DNA of 64,000 nucleotides from Toensbergia leucococca (lineage: Eukaryota). The notes below the pieces were generated by a model. That model worked only from the letters and a program-made list of their open reading frames with translations, was not told the DNA's origin and did no database searches. The stretch spans positions 62,001 through 126,000 of the forward strand of contig JALDZS010000007.1 in the NCBI GenBank assembly GCA_022813965.1, in the 5' to 3' direction. The position numbers and the translations under genes were made by a program. Positions 12,218-24,529 of the stretch are shown here, piece by piece. Position 1 is the first letter of the stretch; each line of letters begins with the position of its first letter.

Positions 12218-12920
12218 ATGATACGCGTAGCATCAAGTTGGAATCATGGAAATATACTGAAAACTGCTTGCTTATTGCCGCAACCTTTGCGTCTATTGAC
12301 AACTCAGCCAGGTCTTTTAGTGGAATCTTCTAAGGATGACCAGTCTGAAGCAAGACGATGGCTTGCTACTTTCAATCAAAGTACTATACCTCGCAGTCTA
12401 TGCCAGATAACATTTAGTCGATCATCCGGGCCTGGCGGGCAGAATGTCAATAAGTATATTCTTGATCTAGAAAAACTCATATCTCAGTCTCCTACTAATA
12501 TGCTGCAGAGTGAACTCCAAGGCCACAGTCCGAGTGGAAATGAAGGACCTGTTACCTTTGATTCCTGGTATCCTACACCAGGAACTAATAGCATCGCGAT
12601 ACTACGCAGAGAGAGGCCATGCCTTGGTAATTCAAGCAGATGGCAGCAGGAAGCAAGGAGACAATGTGCAGGAATGTTTCAAAAAGCTACAAGATCTAGT
12701 AATTAGTGCCGGCAAGAGCACTGTCACAGGAGAGACATCACTTGAACAGGTGAAGAAAGTGAAGCGGCTGTGGGTCATTGATCGAGGTTGCCATTGCGTT
12801 GCAATTGGCTGACTTTTCTATTTGTGCAGACAAGTTGCAGGAAACGAAAGTCGCCTACGAGCAAAAAAGACCCATAGCAGCAAAAAGAACTCTCGGAAAA
12901 GTGGAGGTCAAGGATATTAA
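12218..12920 (+). CDS. Mitochondrial peptidyl-tRNA hydrolase of the ICT1/ArfB/Pth4 type (RF-1 domain); introns 12454-12508 and 12770-12829
   Basis: FSRSSGPGGQNVNK|VNSKAT GGQ motif, basic C-terminal tail RLRAKKTHSSKKNSRK, presequence-like N-terminus. Confidence 0.88.
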
Positions 12921-14374
12921 TTCCTTGAAGCTTGAATTATCACATTATCTCGAATAATGAGGAGATGAGGATGATCAGGCCATTTTTGAAGCGCCGACAC
13001 CAGCCCTATTTCTGCCAACTCTCTTCGGCCATGGCTCTTAAGGCATTCTAGTAGCTCGGCGGTTTGGTTTACACCCTCGCCGGTCCCCTGCTGGAGCTCA
13101 TCTAGGTATTGGGTCCATGTCTTTTTCAGAGTCATTGCGAGAACCTTGTGGATGTCTGAATCCAAACCCTCCACATCAAGAATAAATATTAGCCAGTCGA
13201 TCATCTGATGAGCAAGCGCACTTCGTTGGCACGAAGGTTTCTGTGAGCTATCAGATGACAACGTTGTTTGCATCATGGACTTCAAGCGAACGAGAACGGT
13301 GCGTAATCCTCCAGGAAACTCGGGCGATTTCGTGTTGATGCCAATCATGGGCTGTCGAATGAAGCAGCTCAAGGCAGTAGCTCTAGTTGGATATGTAATG
13401 GTCAGGCTACTGACAATGTGCTGCAATATCCGATTCAAGCATGGAATGCCCTCAAACTCAGCGACCATATCAAAAAACTTTTTGCCTAGAGCATCATCCC
13501 CAGGAAATTGTCTCATAGCTGTGTCGAAGATTGTCATTGGTATAGTTCCAGACAGAGCTGGCGTCGCGCTTAAGTTTTGCAATGCTACCCAGTCAATACT
13601 TTCATCTTCTTGTAGATCTGGGTTGACGTCCATCGCTGTAAGAATGGGCAGGGCAACAGCGTCTGAACTGTCGTCATCAGCAACAGATATCTGATCTCGT
13701 TCTGGGTAGTCTCGTTCGAGACCTAGTATCCGTCTTCGGGCTGTTATCTTAGCAACATAGATAGTCTCTAACTTCGCATACTCAAGCCATAGATTCCTGG
13801 ATGTTTTACAGAACCTTAGTCCTCGTTGCATATAGGACCTGGCCTCACTGATGTCGCCTTGTACATCCATAGCGTAATTGGCAGCATAGATCCATAGCTC
13901 AGGCTTGGTGGGGTGTAGTCGCAGCACACTTGCAAGGATTTGAGATATCTTTTTATTGGCTTTGTGCTTCCTAGCATACTCCACGTACTGCATCCACAGC
14001 GCAACGTCTCCGTGGAACTTCTTAGTCGCTCGGTCGAGTATGAAAAATATCCGGCGTTGCCCTACATGCCCACTAGTCTTGGTGCCCATTCTCTTTATCC
14101 GCTTTCGCCGCAACGATTCAAGGTTCATCTCATATTCAGCGTATCGAGCATAGTCAGAGGGTTGCGAGCCACGAGCATTTAGCTTATGCTCAAAGTCCGA
14201 TCTTTTCTTCGCGACGGATGTGATTTCTTCCTACCCAAAGCATTAGGTTCAGGTAGTGAGAAAGGCCAACCCATGTGCACGTACTTTGGTGAAGATCTTC
14301 TTCCGTTCGAGTTCTTGTAGCTCTGGGATGGATTGCTCAAGGTAAAATCGAGCTTTATCGTTTGCGCCGGCCAT
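12917..14374 (-). CDS. UTP6: U3 snoRNA-associated protein 6 (HAT repeats); intron 14231-14284
   Basis: MAGANDKARFYLEQSIPELQELERKKIFTK|EEITSVAKKRSDFEHKL, RIFFILDRATKKFHGDVALW, ARSYMQRGLRF. Confidence 0.93.
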
Positions 14375-14655
14375 GTTTACCACAATTCTAATTGCACTTT
14401 TCTGATTTTCGAAATATGTGAGAGGCAGTCGGTAGGATGAACCTCCCGCCTTTCGTTGTTAGTGGCTTGGCACTGTCCTCATCAATCAACCAATATAAAT
14501 CAATGTTTTTCCGCGTTTTATCAAGGGGTTATGTCGGATATTTTCCATTCAATTAGTACGGTATGTTTGACGTATTCACCGCATCGCACTAATTCTTTGC
14601 TATCTCTCCAAGCCCTGTTTCGACTTGTTTTTGTGGATGAGTGTTGTGACGGGAT

Positions 14656-17600
14656 ATGGCGCCAAAATTCAAAGACGGTGATGTGGTAGCAGCTTTGAAC
14701 GGTAAATGGATCTCATGGGCACACACAGTTGTGGCATATACTGCCTTCTTGGGGGCTCTGTTCACGGGCATGTATCTACACTACCATAAGATTGTGGAGA
14801 ACGAGTACTACGTGGGTCCTGGTCAGCAGCGTTGTGTATGAGGCTTGCACTGACAATCTACTAATAGGGCTATCCTCAAGAATGGTTTCCCTCAGTCTCT
14901 GCTACGATTGGCGATCGTTATCCAGAACGCTCAGTTTTTCAACTCTTCATTGCCATTACTTCAGGTAAGCGTCCCGCCTATTTAGTGTACTCCGAAAATG
15001 TCCAATGCTAAATGGCTATGGACCTACGCAGGCCCACGTTTTGCCCTCGTGTTTTTGTGGTATATCCTCACAGCTAGACATAATTCTCTATTGCCCAAGG
15101 TGGTTGCAGGTACAGGCCTCTTCCGTACGGTTACTTGTGGAGGATGGACGTATGTTACTTCAACGGATGATCATGGTTGGCATGATATCTTCATGATATC
15201 CTACCTCGTGGCTACAGTCCCGTGGACACTAGGCTGTCTAGCCCTTAGCCCGAACAACGCGAAGGCTGTGAAGTACAGGAAAATATTTGCGGGATGCTTT
15301 TTCGGAACTTTAATTCCTCTAATATACTTCTTTATTCAACACAAGGTCCATAAAGTGGCTGGAGGCAAGTCTTCAAGACGCGTTGTGGAGTTACATGAAA
15401 ACGACACTGACATAATTCAGCGTATACTATCTACGCCTTCTTTGAATGGGCACTCATCCTTTTTGACGTTGGCTTCGATGCTGTCACTGCAATTGATTTC
15501 GAGGGCTTCGAACTTGTCATTAGAGACGTGCATGGAGCCGGTAGAGGGTATGTGCAATGGCTTCCGAAGTAGAATCTGTATGGTCATAATATGCTGTCTG
15601 TATTAGCCGTTGTCTGATGGTATCATTTTAGCAGAGACAGTCAGATGGTTGCGGATGCAGTGCTCGAGAAAGAGTATGTATTCTTATTTACTGCAGTGTG
15701 ATCATGAACCAACGTTCTTACAGGAAAGACAAGCCAGTGGGCATAGCATTTGGTCAAGGCTTCTCCTGGGACGAATACCTCGACGCGGTAGCTGATATAT
15801 ACAACGGTGTAAATTTCTCAACAAATGTGGGCCCATTGAGTAGGACTCACTAACTATGTCATAGTTCTTCTTCTGGTCTATGTTGACATCGCTGGGACTC
15901 ACTGTTTGGTGTAAGTACGCCTCGTCCAGTCGAGGATGTCTTACTGACTAATTACCATAGATTTTCCTCTATGGCACATGGGGATCTCTGGCTATGAAGC
16001 TGTATTCATGTGCACCATCTCTCCATTCGTGCTAGGAATTGGATCACTTCGCCTGCTCGTCATCAAAAACGTCCGCATTTTTCACTTGCTTTCGCTTGCT
16101 GGATTGGTGGCCTATCTTGTCAAGTCCCCCGTATATCGACTTTTCACCATAGGATTCGGAGTTTCCATGTCCTGTCTTGCCTGGACAGCAACATGGTACG
16201 CAGAACGCTCTCAGCCAGCCCGCCTCGAAGCAAAAGTATCCGCATGGAGTATTGGCCTTATAGCGTCCAGTGTTGCGAAATTTACCTTCCAGACCAGCAA
16301 TCCAATTTGGCCAATTGTTCATGCGCAAAATGGAGGCTGGAATAAGCTTGGGTTGCTTTTGGCCGTACTTGCTGTTCTACGATCAACCAGAAGGTCGAAT
16401 TTTACAGGTGGTAGCCCCGATCTCAATGACATTCATCAGCGAAGTCCCATTCAAGCTGCTCTTGGTCTGGCTGGCCTCTTTTTTGGGTTACATTTCCTTC
16501 TCTCAGATTCGAGCACGGCAATACTATGGGTGTGGGAAGGCCATCCTGTTAATGGCCCGATTGCAGCAAATGGAATTTTGACAATTGTAGCGATGGGTTG
16601 CGGGGTGGTATTAAGCATACTTTTTCGAGACGCTGCCTCGAGCTGGTCGAATTTCTTCATGACCTGCATAGGAGCTTTTCTACTCACATGCTACGGTAAT
16701 TGGACGGGATATTGTGGTGCCTTGCTACTTGCTTGTAATCTCTTGTCCTTGGCACCACCACTCATCAGCTCTGCTGTGCGGAACTCACCTGGACTTACCT
16801 TTGGCCTGGGCTTCTTCATCTATAACATCATTGTGCTAGCTTCCGTATGGGTTGTTGCCTACGCTTTTGTGCCGGGTGGGCCTACCATGCGTGAGCACAC
16901 TGATTGGGTCATGATGACTATGGTTGTGTTCATTGGCGCTGGTATCTACGCCATCCCAAACCTCGAAAATAGCAAAAGGCCGCGACAAAAGTCAAGCAGG
17001 CACCTTCCAAGTAGATGGCTATCTTACAATGTCTATATCCTCATCGTTCTTGAGCTGTTGGCAGCTTCAGTGTCTTACCTTCGCTTTCCTACCAATGACT
17101 ACGTTCCATACCACAAAGACGAGAAACTCATCACTGCGGGCATTTGGACTATTCATTTCTCACTTGACAATGATATGTGGTCAGCAGAGCGGCGGATCCG
17201 CGACGTCATCAAGGAGCTTGAGATCGATGTTATAGGACTGTTGGAGACGGATCTTCAAAGGATCATCATGGGGAACCGTGATACTACTCAATTTCTCGCC
17301 GAAGACTTGGGAATGTATGTCGATTATGGTCCAGGCCCGATCAAACATACTTGGGGTGCGGCACTTCTATCCAAATTTCCTATAATCAACTCAACGCATC
17401 ATCTACTACCCTCGCCTGTGGGTGAACTCGCTCCTGCGATCCATGCAACGCTAAATGCTTATGGTGAATTGATTGATGTTGTGGTATTCCATTCGGGCCA
17501 GGAGGAAGATCCGGAAGACAGGAGACTTCAGACTGAGTATCTGTCGAAGCTAATGAAAGATTCGCCGCGACCTCTTATTCTGCTGAGCTACTTGGTCATA

Positions 17601-17982
17601 AAGCCCTTGGAAGGTAACTACAATACTTACGTTGGGGAGAAAAGTGGTATGAACGATATTGATCCTAGCGACTGGGATCGATGGTGCGAGTACATATTAT
17701 ACAAGGGTATCAGAAGAACAGGATATGCACGGGTCAGCAGGTCGACTATCACAGACACGGAAATTCAGGTGAGTGTCTACTTGTAGGCTTTGACGTTCAG
17801 TACATTAATGATGGTGATGAACACAGGTGGGCAAATTCATCGTCGGTGAGCGGGAGGGGTCGAACGATCAGATCAGCGAAAACCAAGTGGCTGAGGGCCT
17901 ACGCTTTCCTTCGATGTTCCGTGGTGAGGGTGTGCGAGGTCATCGATATCATGTATTTGATGAGCCTAGATATTACAATTAA
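14656..17982 (+). CDS. CWH43: GPI lipid-remodelling protein Cwh43 (Frag1/PGAP2-like N-terminus + EEP-like C-terminus), multi-exon
   Basis: [100 protein letters not shown]. Confidence 0.95.
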
Positions 17983-19098
17983 GACGGTCGGTGCGATGTC
18001 TTGCATAACGGACGTGCCATCAATCTAGGTAGTGGGGCCACTCCTTCTGCACGTCGCCTGGAGATCTTGTTGGTAATACCGAGCGCTGGCCCAATAATTT
18101 AGGTAGGGAGGTAGGCAAGCGTCGTAGGTTCGCAGCTTCAGTTTTAGGGTTTGCTACATGTGCTGGGTTCTCAATCAGTGTATGATAAGGGTAGAGTATC
18201 AAACAAGTCTTGTAATAACTTATGGTCTCTGACAAAGACGAGGGGTGTGCGTTATGTACAAAAATGCCAGAGCCACTGCAATTTCGCTAGATGCGCCAGA
18301 GGGGATGATCAACAGCGAAACAGGTTAGCTCGTCGCTTAAAATAGGGAATTGATTATTGATGACAGCGGTGCTGTCTCAGTGCTCCTCCTGGGTCGCTCG
18401 TATCTACCTAGTTATTATTCCATCGAGAAGAAGACGAAGAGAGGAGGCATCTTTACCAGCAGGATCCTTTGGCAGAAGGACCCGTTCACACTCGTTCATC
18501 TTGAGTTTTTCCCTTGCATTCCTTGTGACCGAGGGAAGGCCACTCTTTTTTACGTTTGCAAGAAGGGGCTTGTTTAACTACACTCGACAATTCGAAACGC
18601 CAACACATTCCAGTCCATCTGACCACTGATCATTGACCATTCGCTTCACTGCCACTTATCGACTTTGCCTAGTGAATGATGGAAACTGCAGGCTGGTAGA
18701 AATCTTGTACAACGCGTTGGTGTATCCACAGACCTAGCCGACCGCCAAAAGGGACCTCGCTCCAAGCCAAATTATCTGCATCACCTTCGAGGCTCTTAGT
18801 GCATTGAACCAGGGCTAAGGACATCTTAATTGATGGTCAGGATTCATTGTGGTCGATTGCCTTGTGACGCAGAATCATTCTTCCCTAGAAGGCAAACTTC
18901 TTCACTTTCACGACCTTGGACTATCACTCTTTCACGATTAGGTATGCCATCCCCCAGGCAATATTTAGCTTCCAAGACCCAATCACTTCCCGATTCTGTC
19001 AGTATTGTTCAGCTCATCGTTGACGTGCCTCAGACGCCCGATACCCTTGTGGGTCAGATACAATAACCTAAACCTCGCTCTTCCCAACCAACACCAAC

Positions 19099-20104
19099 AT
19101 GAAGTCATCAGGATCGCAGATGCTCCTTGCGATCTCCTCCCTGCTCTTTGCCACTTCACCTGCGAAAGCCCAGCAAGCCACACCTTCACTTGTATTGAAT
19201 GCCATGACCCCCGAAGGCTGCTTTTCGTCGTCAAGTCCGATGCAAGACCAGGGTTCATATGAATATCAATCTTCTGGATACTGTCAGAAGATATGCGTGA
19301 CACTCGGCAAGGCAGTGATGGGAACGACGATGGGGTCAAATTGCTGGTGCGGTGACGAGCTTCCTCCGGCAGATAGCCAAGTCTCTGATTCCGAATGCAA
19401 CACACCTTGTTATGGTTATAATAAAGCAAACTGTAGGTTGCACCTAATGCAAGTTTTGTAAGTTATCCGTCTCGAGATTAACTGTGTCGTTAGGTGGTGG
19501 AGCCAATACTTGGTCGGTCTCGTTGACGGGAACGAACAATGGTGTTGGCAATGTTCAAAATTCAGATTCAGGTTCGACTTCGACCGCGAGCTCATCATCC
19601 AATACACCCCAGACCACCTCAATTTCATCGATAAGTACCAAGGTGAGTGTGGTGGCATCTGTTGTCACTACTACAGGTACCGTTGTGGTTACCGCACCCT
19701 CACAACCCACTGCCTCGCCTTCACCTACAAAGAACACAAATCCTGGCGGTCCAAGCAAGGCTGGCATCGCCGCGGGCGTCGTTGTTGGCGTAGTAGCTAT
19801 ATTTGCCATTGCCGGCGGGGCTTTCCTTCTTTTAAGAAGACGGAAGCGACGGGCTTTAGAGAATGAGTTCCAACGTAATGTTTCGAGGAACAATTTCGTT
19901 GATGGTGGCAAGCCGACGAGCAGCTCATCAACATCCGATTCTCGTTTGGAGCCGTCGGTGATGATGCAGAGACGGCAAAGCGATGGAAGTATCGCAGACA
20001 ACCAGGACTACTCGAGAAGGATTCTCAAAGTAAGCTTTTACATGCTCATCTTTGCGTCATGCGATGCTGACAATGATTAGGTTACGAATCCTGATGGTAA
20101 CTAG
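19099..20104 (+). CDS. WSC-domain cell-wall stress sensor (Wsc1/Slg1 type); 2 introns
   Basis: Signal peptide, Cys-rich WSC domain (YQSSGYCQKIC...CWCGDELP...CNTPCYGY), Ser/Thr stalk, TM helix AGIAAGVVVGVV, tail SIADNQDYSRRILK|VTNPDGN*. Confidence 0.92.
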
Positions 20105-20907
20105 CTCAGCATGGAGCTATCATGGAAAATGAATTCATTTTGTTACTCAGCGACTGCTTTAGCAATACCCCGATAGGCTCCTTCATAAGTGTCTACCTTT
20201 CCCCACCGTATTTGTTCATAAAGTCTCACGGCGTGCCGGTTATGCGGGACGAGGATACGGAGTCTACAGCCTGCCTTGACTTTGGAGTCGAGCCAGAATG
20301 GGCTAAATGTGCGGATCTCACCTACAGCGAGTGTAAGATATCAGACTTCTTCCATCACTCCTTTCGTGTTGAGTTTGTCCATATGTATTATATGCCTACT
20401 CGGCGAGCTACATTGCACATCAGTCGGAACATCCTATCCTGAGCAGCGGGAAGGGTCCTCCATGGTAGTTCCATTTCGGACAGTCCTTTGTTAGGCGGTG
20501 CTGGGAATTGTCTGAATCAGAAGCAGATCAATCTTGCCAAGATCAATCCCAAGAAATTCCATGAATATTGACTGTTGTGAAATTGGCTTTAATAGCTGGC
20601 AGAATTGTTCCCCATAAAATGGAGTAGAGAATTACTGCTACTATTGATCGAACATTTGGAAATTGTAAGCCAAAGCAACGTTACTGCCATCTCTTCAAAT
20701 GCCATGGGTAGGTACTCGCAGCTCTACCGTGAAGGCTAATGACGTTCGTTCGAATTGAAAACCTGCCGAAATATTTCTTAAAGTAACTGGTATGACCTGC
20801 TTCTCATAATACGAAAGAACTTCCTACCCCCTACTGATCCTTTAAATCTGCACCCATCATCTCGAACTCACTCTGTATTGCATAGCATCATATACAATCT
20901 TGCTCTT

Positions 20908-21967
20908 ATGTCGCTCCGAACCGGCGTTGCTAATGGCGGCACTGCAAAGGACTCAGCAACCAGCCTGTCTAACGGAAGTACGCCTTCTACGCGCCCACGT
21001 ACATGCTACCAGTGCCACTGACCTTGCTCTCTAGGCCAAGAAAAGCAGAAAATGCTCCTTGCATCCGACACCGGCCACTTCTCCATGATCAGGTCAGTAC
21101 CGCCATCCAATCCCCCTCGTCCCCATTACCCTCACTAACCAGCCATGCAGAGCCCTCCACCTCGCAGACCTGATCACAGAACTCAACGGTTCGTCTCTCC
21201 CCGTCTTCCCTCCGCCTGTTCCTCATAGAACTAATACCAGTCTTCCATGTGAGCAGGGTTCTGCGGCTTCATGTCAATCCTCAGTTCCATGCGCTACTGT
21301 CTCGGCCCGCCGACACAATACGGCCCCATATGGACCGCGCTGGCGTTCATGCCTTTTGGGCTCTTTTTCGATTTCATGGACGGGAAGGTCGCGCGGTGGA
21401 GGGGCAAAAGCAGCTTGATGGGGCAGGAGTTGGATTCTCTGGCGGATTTGGTGCGTAGAGTGCGCACTTTACTCACTTCGCTCGCTGGGCCATAGGACTC
21501 CCCCATCCTAGTCTCAATCATACGGGCCAGTCGTACCTGAAACAGCAAAAGAAGTGCTGCTATCCACCACACTGACTCTCACTTCCCCACTTCAGATCTC
21601 ATTTGGTGTCTCTCCAGCCGTCTGCGCCTTCGCCCTCGGCCTCCGCACCCAACTCGACACCCTCCTCCTCGCCTTCTTCGTCCTCTGCGGCCTCACTCGC
21701 CTCGCCCGCTTTAACGTGACCGTCGTCGCCCTGCCCAAAGACGCCTCCGGTAAGTCAAAATACTTCGAAGGCACGCCCATTCCCACGTCGCTAGCCATTG
21801 TGGCGATGATGGCCGTGTGGGTGGGAAATGGCTGGGTTGGGGAGGGGAATTTACCCGGGGGCGTATTGGGGAAAGGGGGCTTGGCGGAGGTGCATCCCGT
21901 TGTGGGGGTATTTGTGGGGTGGGGGTGTATGATGGTCAGTAAGAGTATACATATTCCGAAACCTTAG
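20908..21967 (+). CDS. CHO1: CDP-diacylglycerol--serine O-phosphatidyltransferase (phosphatidylserine synthase), multi-exon
   Basis: [23 protein letters not shown]-alcohol phosphotransferase motif [11 protein letters not shown]...[36 protein letters not shown]. Confidence 0.95.
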
Positions 21968-22399
21968 GTGAGGGAAGGAGTCGAAGGAGTTGAAGTGGAG
22001 GGTTGGACAGTTTTGGGTGAGGTGGAGAGGGGAAAAGCGTTTGGCTTTATATTATGAAGTCATGATTCTATGGTTCAATGAGGCAGTGATACCACTCTGT
22101 AAAGAACTTTCTTCTCCATTGTCCAGGTTCATAGTGATGATATGAGTGTTGTTATTTATCTCTTCACGTGAGATGATGTTGTATACAACTCCAGAAATGA
22201 TCATTATATACAGCCGAGGCACCGCAGGCGGCAAGAAGAGCGATCATGTCTGTGCCCGATCAACAACAGACACGGTTCATTCAGACACCATTGGCCATGC
22301 CATAAATAACTTACGCCGCGCTAACGACCAACCCGAAATCTGTTACATAAATTATTCCAATCTTATCTTCAAGATGCCTCCAAGCTTGCTTCTCTATGC

Positions 22400-23116
22400 T
22401 CACCGCCCATCTTCGTCCTCGTCCCCGAGTCTTATTTCATGCACTTTCTCGCTATCGCTTCTTCGGTCGAGACCCATTGTGCCGGAGGGGATATGCGAGG
22501 GGAGGAAGATCTCTGTTCGAGAGGGCAAATGGATCAGCAATTTAGCACAGGCTTCTTAGACTTTGTGTCTCTAAGGATTCTTAAGGATATCAAGGGAAGC
22601 AGGGGGGAGCAACATGTATGAACGGACCTTGGTTCCAGGAGAAGCCTTGGGAAGAGGTGAGGAATGTTATCTGTGCGTAGGAAGGAGGTCGATTAGTCTG
22701 GAGATTTTGGGGAATGGGGGGAGGTGGTAAAAACATGCCAGGCGAGGAGTATCTGGATGGCCGACGTTGATGACGGTGTGGGATTGGGCAGATAGGGATG
22801 AGCCTAGGAGTGTTAAGAGCATGCTCGCTTTGGTAAGATTTGAGTGTTTTTGATATGAGCGAGGGGGTGGGGTGTTTCGAGTGTTGGAGAGGTTGATGGA
22901 CAGCTTACTTAGCAGACTACGTCGGCGATCGTTCACGGGATTTGCGGAGCGAGGAAAAGGCGTTACTGGTGATGAGGAGGATGACGGTTCTTGTGGGTCT
23001 GAAGGGGTGTGTGGAGGGGTGGATGAGAGGTGGGAGGTGGAACTGGAGGAGCTAGAGGGCTCTTGTTGGGTGTTGGACGACTTTTTCCGTTTGGGGATGT
23101 TGATCGAGGTGGACAT
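22400..23116 (-). CDS. Small hypothetical protein (Ser/Pro-rich N-terminus), 4 predicted exons
   Basis: ATG 23116. Exon peptides RRRSLL, SSLSAQSHTVINVGHPDTPRL, ITFLTSSQGFSWNQ, EIFLPSHIP...VHEIRLGDEDEDGR* are joined by canonical GT-AG introns in frame. Function not recognised. Confidence 0.65.
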
Positions 23117-23580
23117 TGCGGAGTGAAAAGTAGAAATGATGGTGTCGTTGCTATGTAATATTTGGAGGGAGGATGGTGTTGCTGTGACTGTCGTCGGAGT
23201 AAAAGTGGAAGGGCGGAACTTATTGGAGGGAGGAGGGGTCGGCGGTAAGTACGGATAGCTGCCTACGGGTAGCAGGGGTTAAGGTTGAGGCTATCAAGGG
23301 TGTGACGGCATTCAACGGCTCTGTCGAGGGTCAAGCCACCATCTGTGTTGCGTCCTTTTTCAAGAACATTGTGCTTTTTACTTCTCCAAAGTACGAGTAC
23401 ATAGTAGTAGCAGTGTCCGTGCAAACCTGAAACATAGATTCATGGATGCAATTGGTTAGAATAGCTATATAAGCCACATCGTTTTCATTACGCCACACTT
23501 GACCGTTGAAAAGTCTCCATTTTCGATCAATAACCAATCTTCGAAAGAACCGTGAATCCAGCCTTACATTATCATTCCCA

Positions 23581-24007
23581 ATGGTATTACAAAAATCCTA
23601 TCTCAAGTACTCATAATGTCAGTCTAACTCAACTCTCAAAGGCGAAGTCCAAGAAGTCCAAAGTTCCCGATCCAAAGCCAGTAGAGCCCAAGCAAACCCC
23701 GTCGAAATCTCCCTCGAGCCCAAAACCGTCACCTACTCCAGAAGTATGCAAGTCCTCCCGCATAGGTAAGTTCAAGTCTAATAAAGACCAGCAGCTCGAG
23801 CCAACTACTCTATCCGAGCCAACGGATTTTGAGAGCTTTTATCTTCAAAAAGTCACAGCTGAATTTGCAGATGACCTGGACCGCGTTCGGAATGCTGAGG
23901 ACTTTAGGGATAAATCTTTGCCGCTGCTTATTAACGCTCTGAAACAAGGGGCGAGTATATTTAGTGAGGAGGAGCGGAGGAAGGTGATGGGGATGAGGGA
24001 CAAGTGA
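23581..24007 (+). CDS. RSA3: Ribosome assembly protein 3 (Rsa3 domain); the first coding exon appears to be just ATG
   Basis: DFESFYLQKVTAEFADDLDRVRNAEDFRDKSLPLLINALKQGASIF; ATG|GTATTA...CTAAC...AAG|GCG gives MAKSKKSK. Confidence 0.8.
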
Positions 24008-24529
24008 CTGAGCAGGTATTTGGTTGGGCGTGGAAAAAGAGACACAATGAGTAGATCTTAGCGGGCGCAAGTAGAACTACTCCGTAGGACTACTGGTATT
24101 CCTCATCTCAGTGCTCCGTAGCTAGGCTCTAGGCTATTGCAATGCTTTCCATCGATCAAAACCAAAGAAATGAACTTTTCTTTTCCTGAGGAAATATTTT
24201 TCGATATTAAACGACAAGAAAAAAATATAAAAAAAATCGAAAAGAGATGTTGCCCAGCCTCGAATCCTAGCTTGGAACCAAAAGAAAAATGAGATCCTGC
24301 CCAAAGCAGATGTGTGTTTCCAAAGATTGATGAATGGAGAATTTAGGACACAACCACGGTCGCGTCTGGTAAAAGGCAAGATGCGAATTCTGAGATAGTT
24401 TGTTCCTCTCCATAATTACCAGGCCTTTATTACAATATATAAATTTTATTCATTGGCAGCCTACCCCTCTCCATCCAAAACGCCCTCAATCTCACTTCAC
24501 CATGTAAGTTCTTTTCACTACAATCAAAC

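Noticed and set aside
21451..21595. Longer CHO1 intron with small hairpins (possible riboswitch, snoRNA or stwintron)
   Set aside because: No TPP aptamer core, no C/D or H/ACA boxes and no nested donor regenerated by internal splicing that I could identify.
24005..24061. RSA3 stop TGA-CTG as a readthrough/PTS1 candidate
   Set aside because: Not the TGA-CTA context, and the extension ends MSRS, which is not a PTS1.
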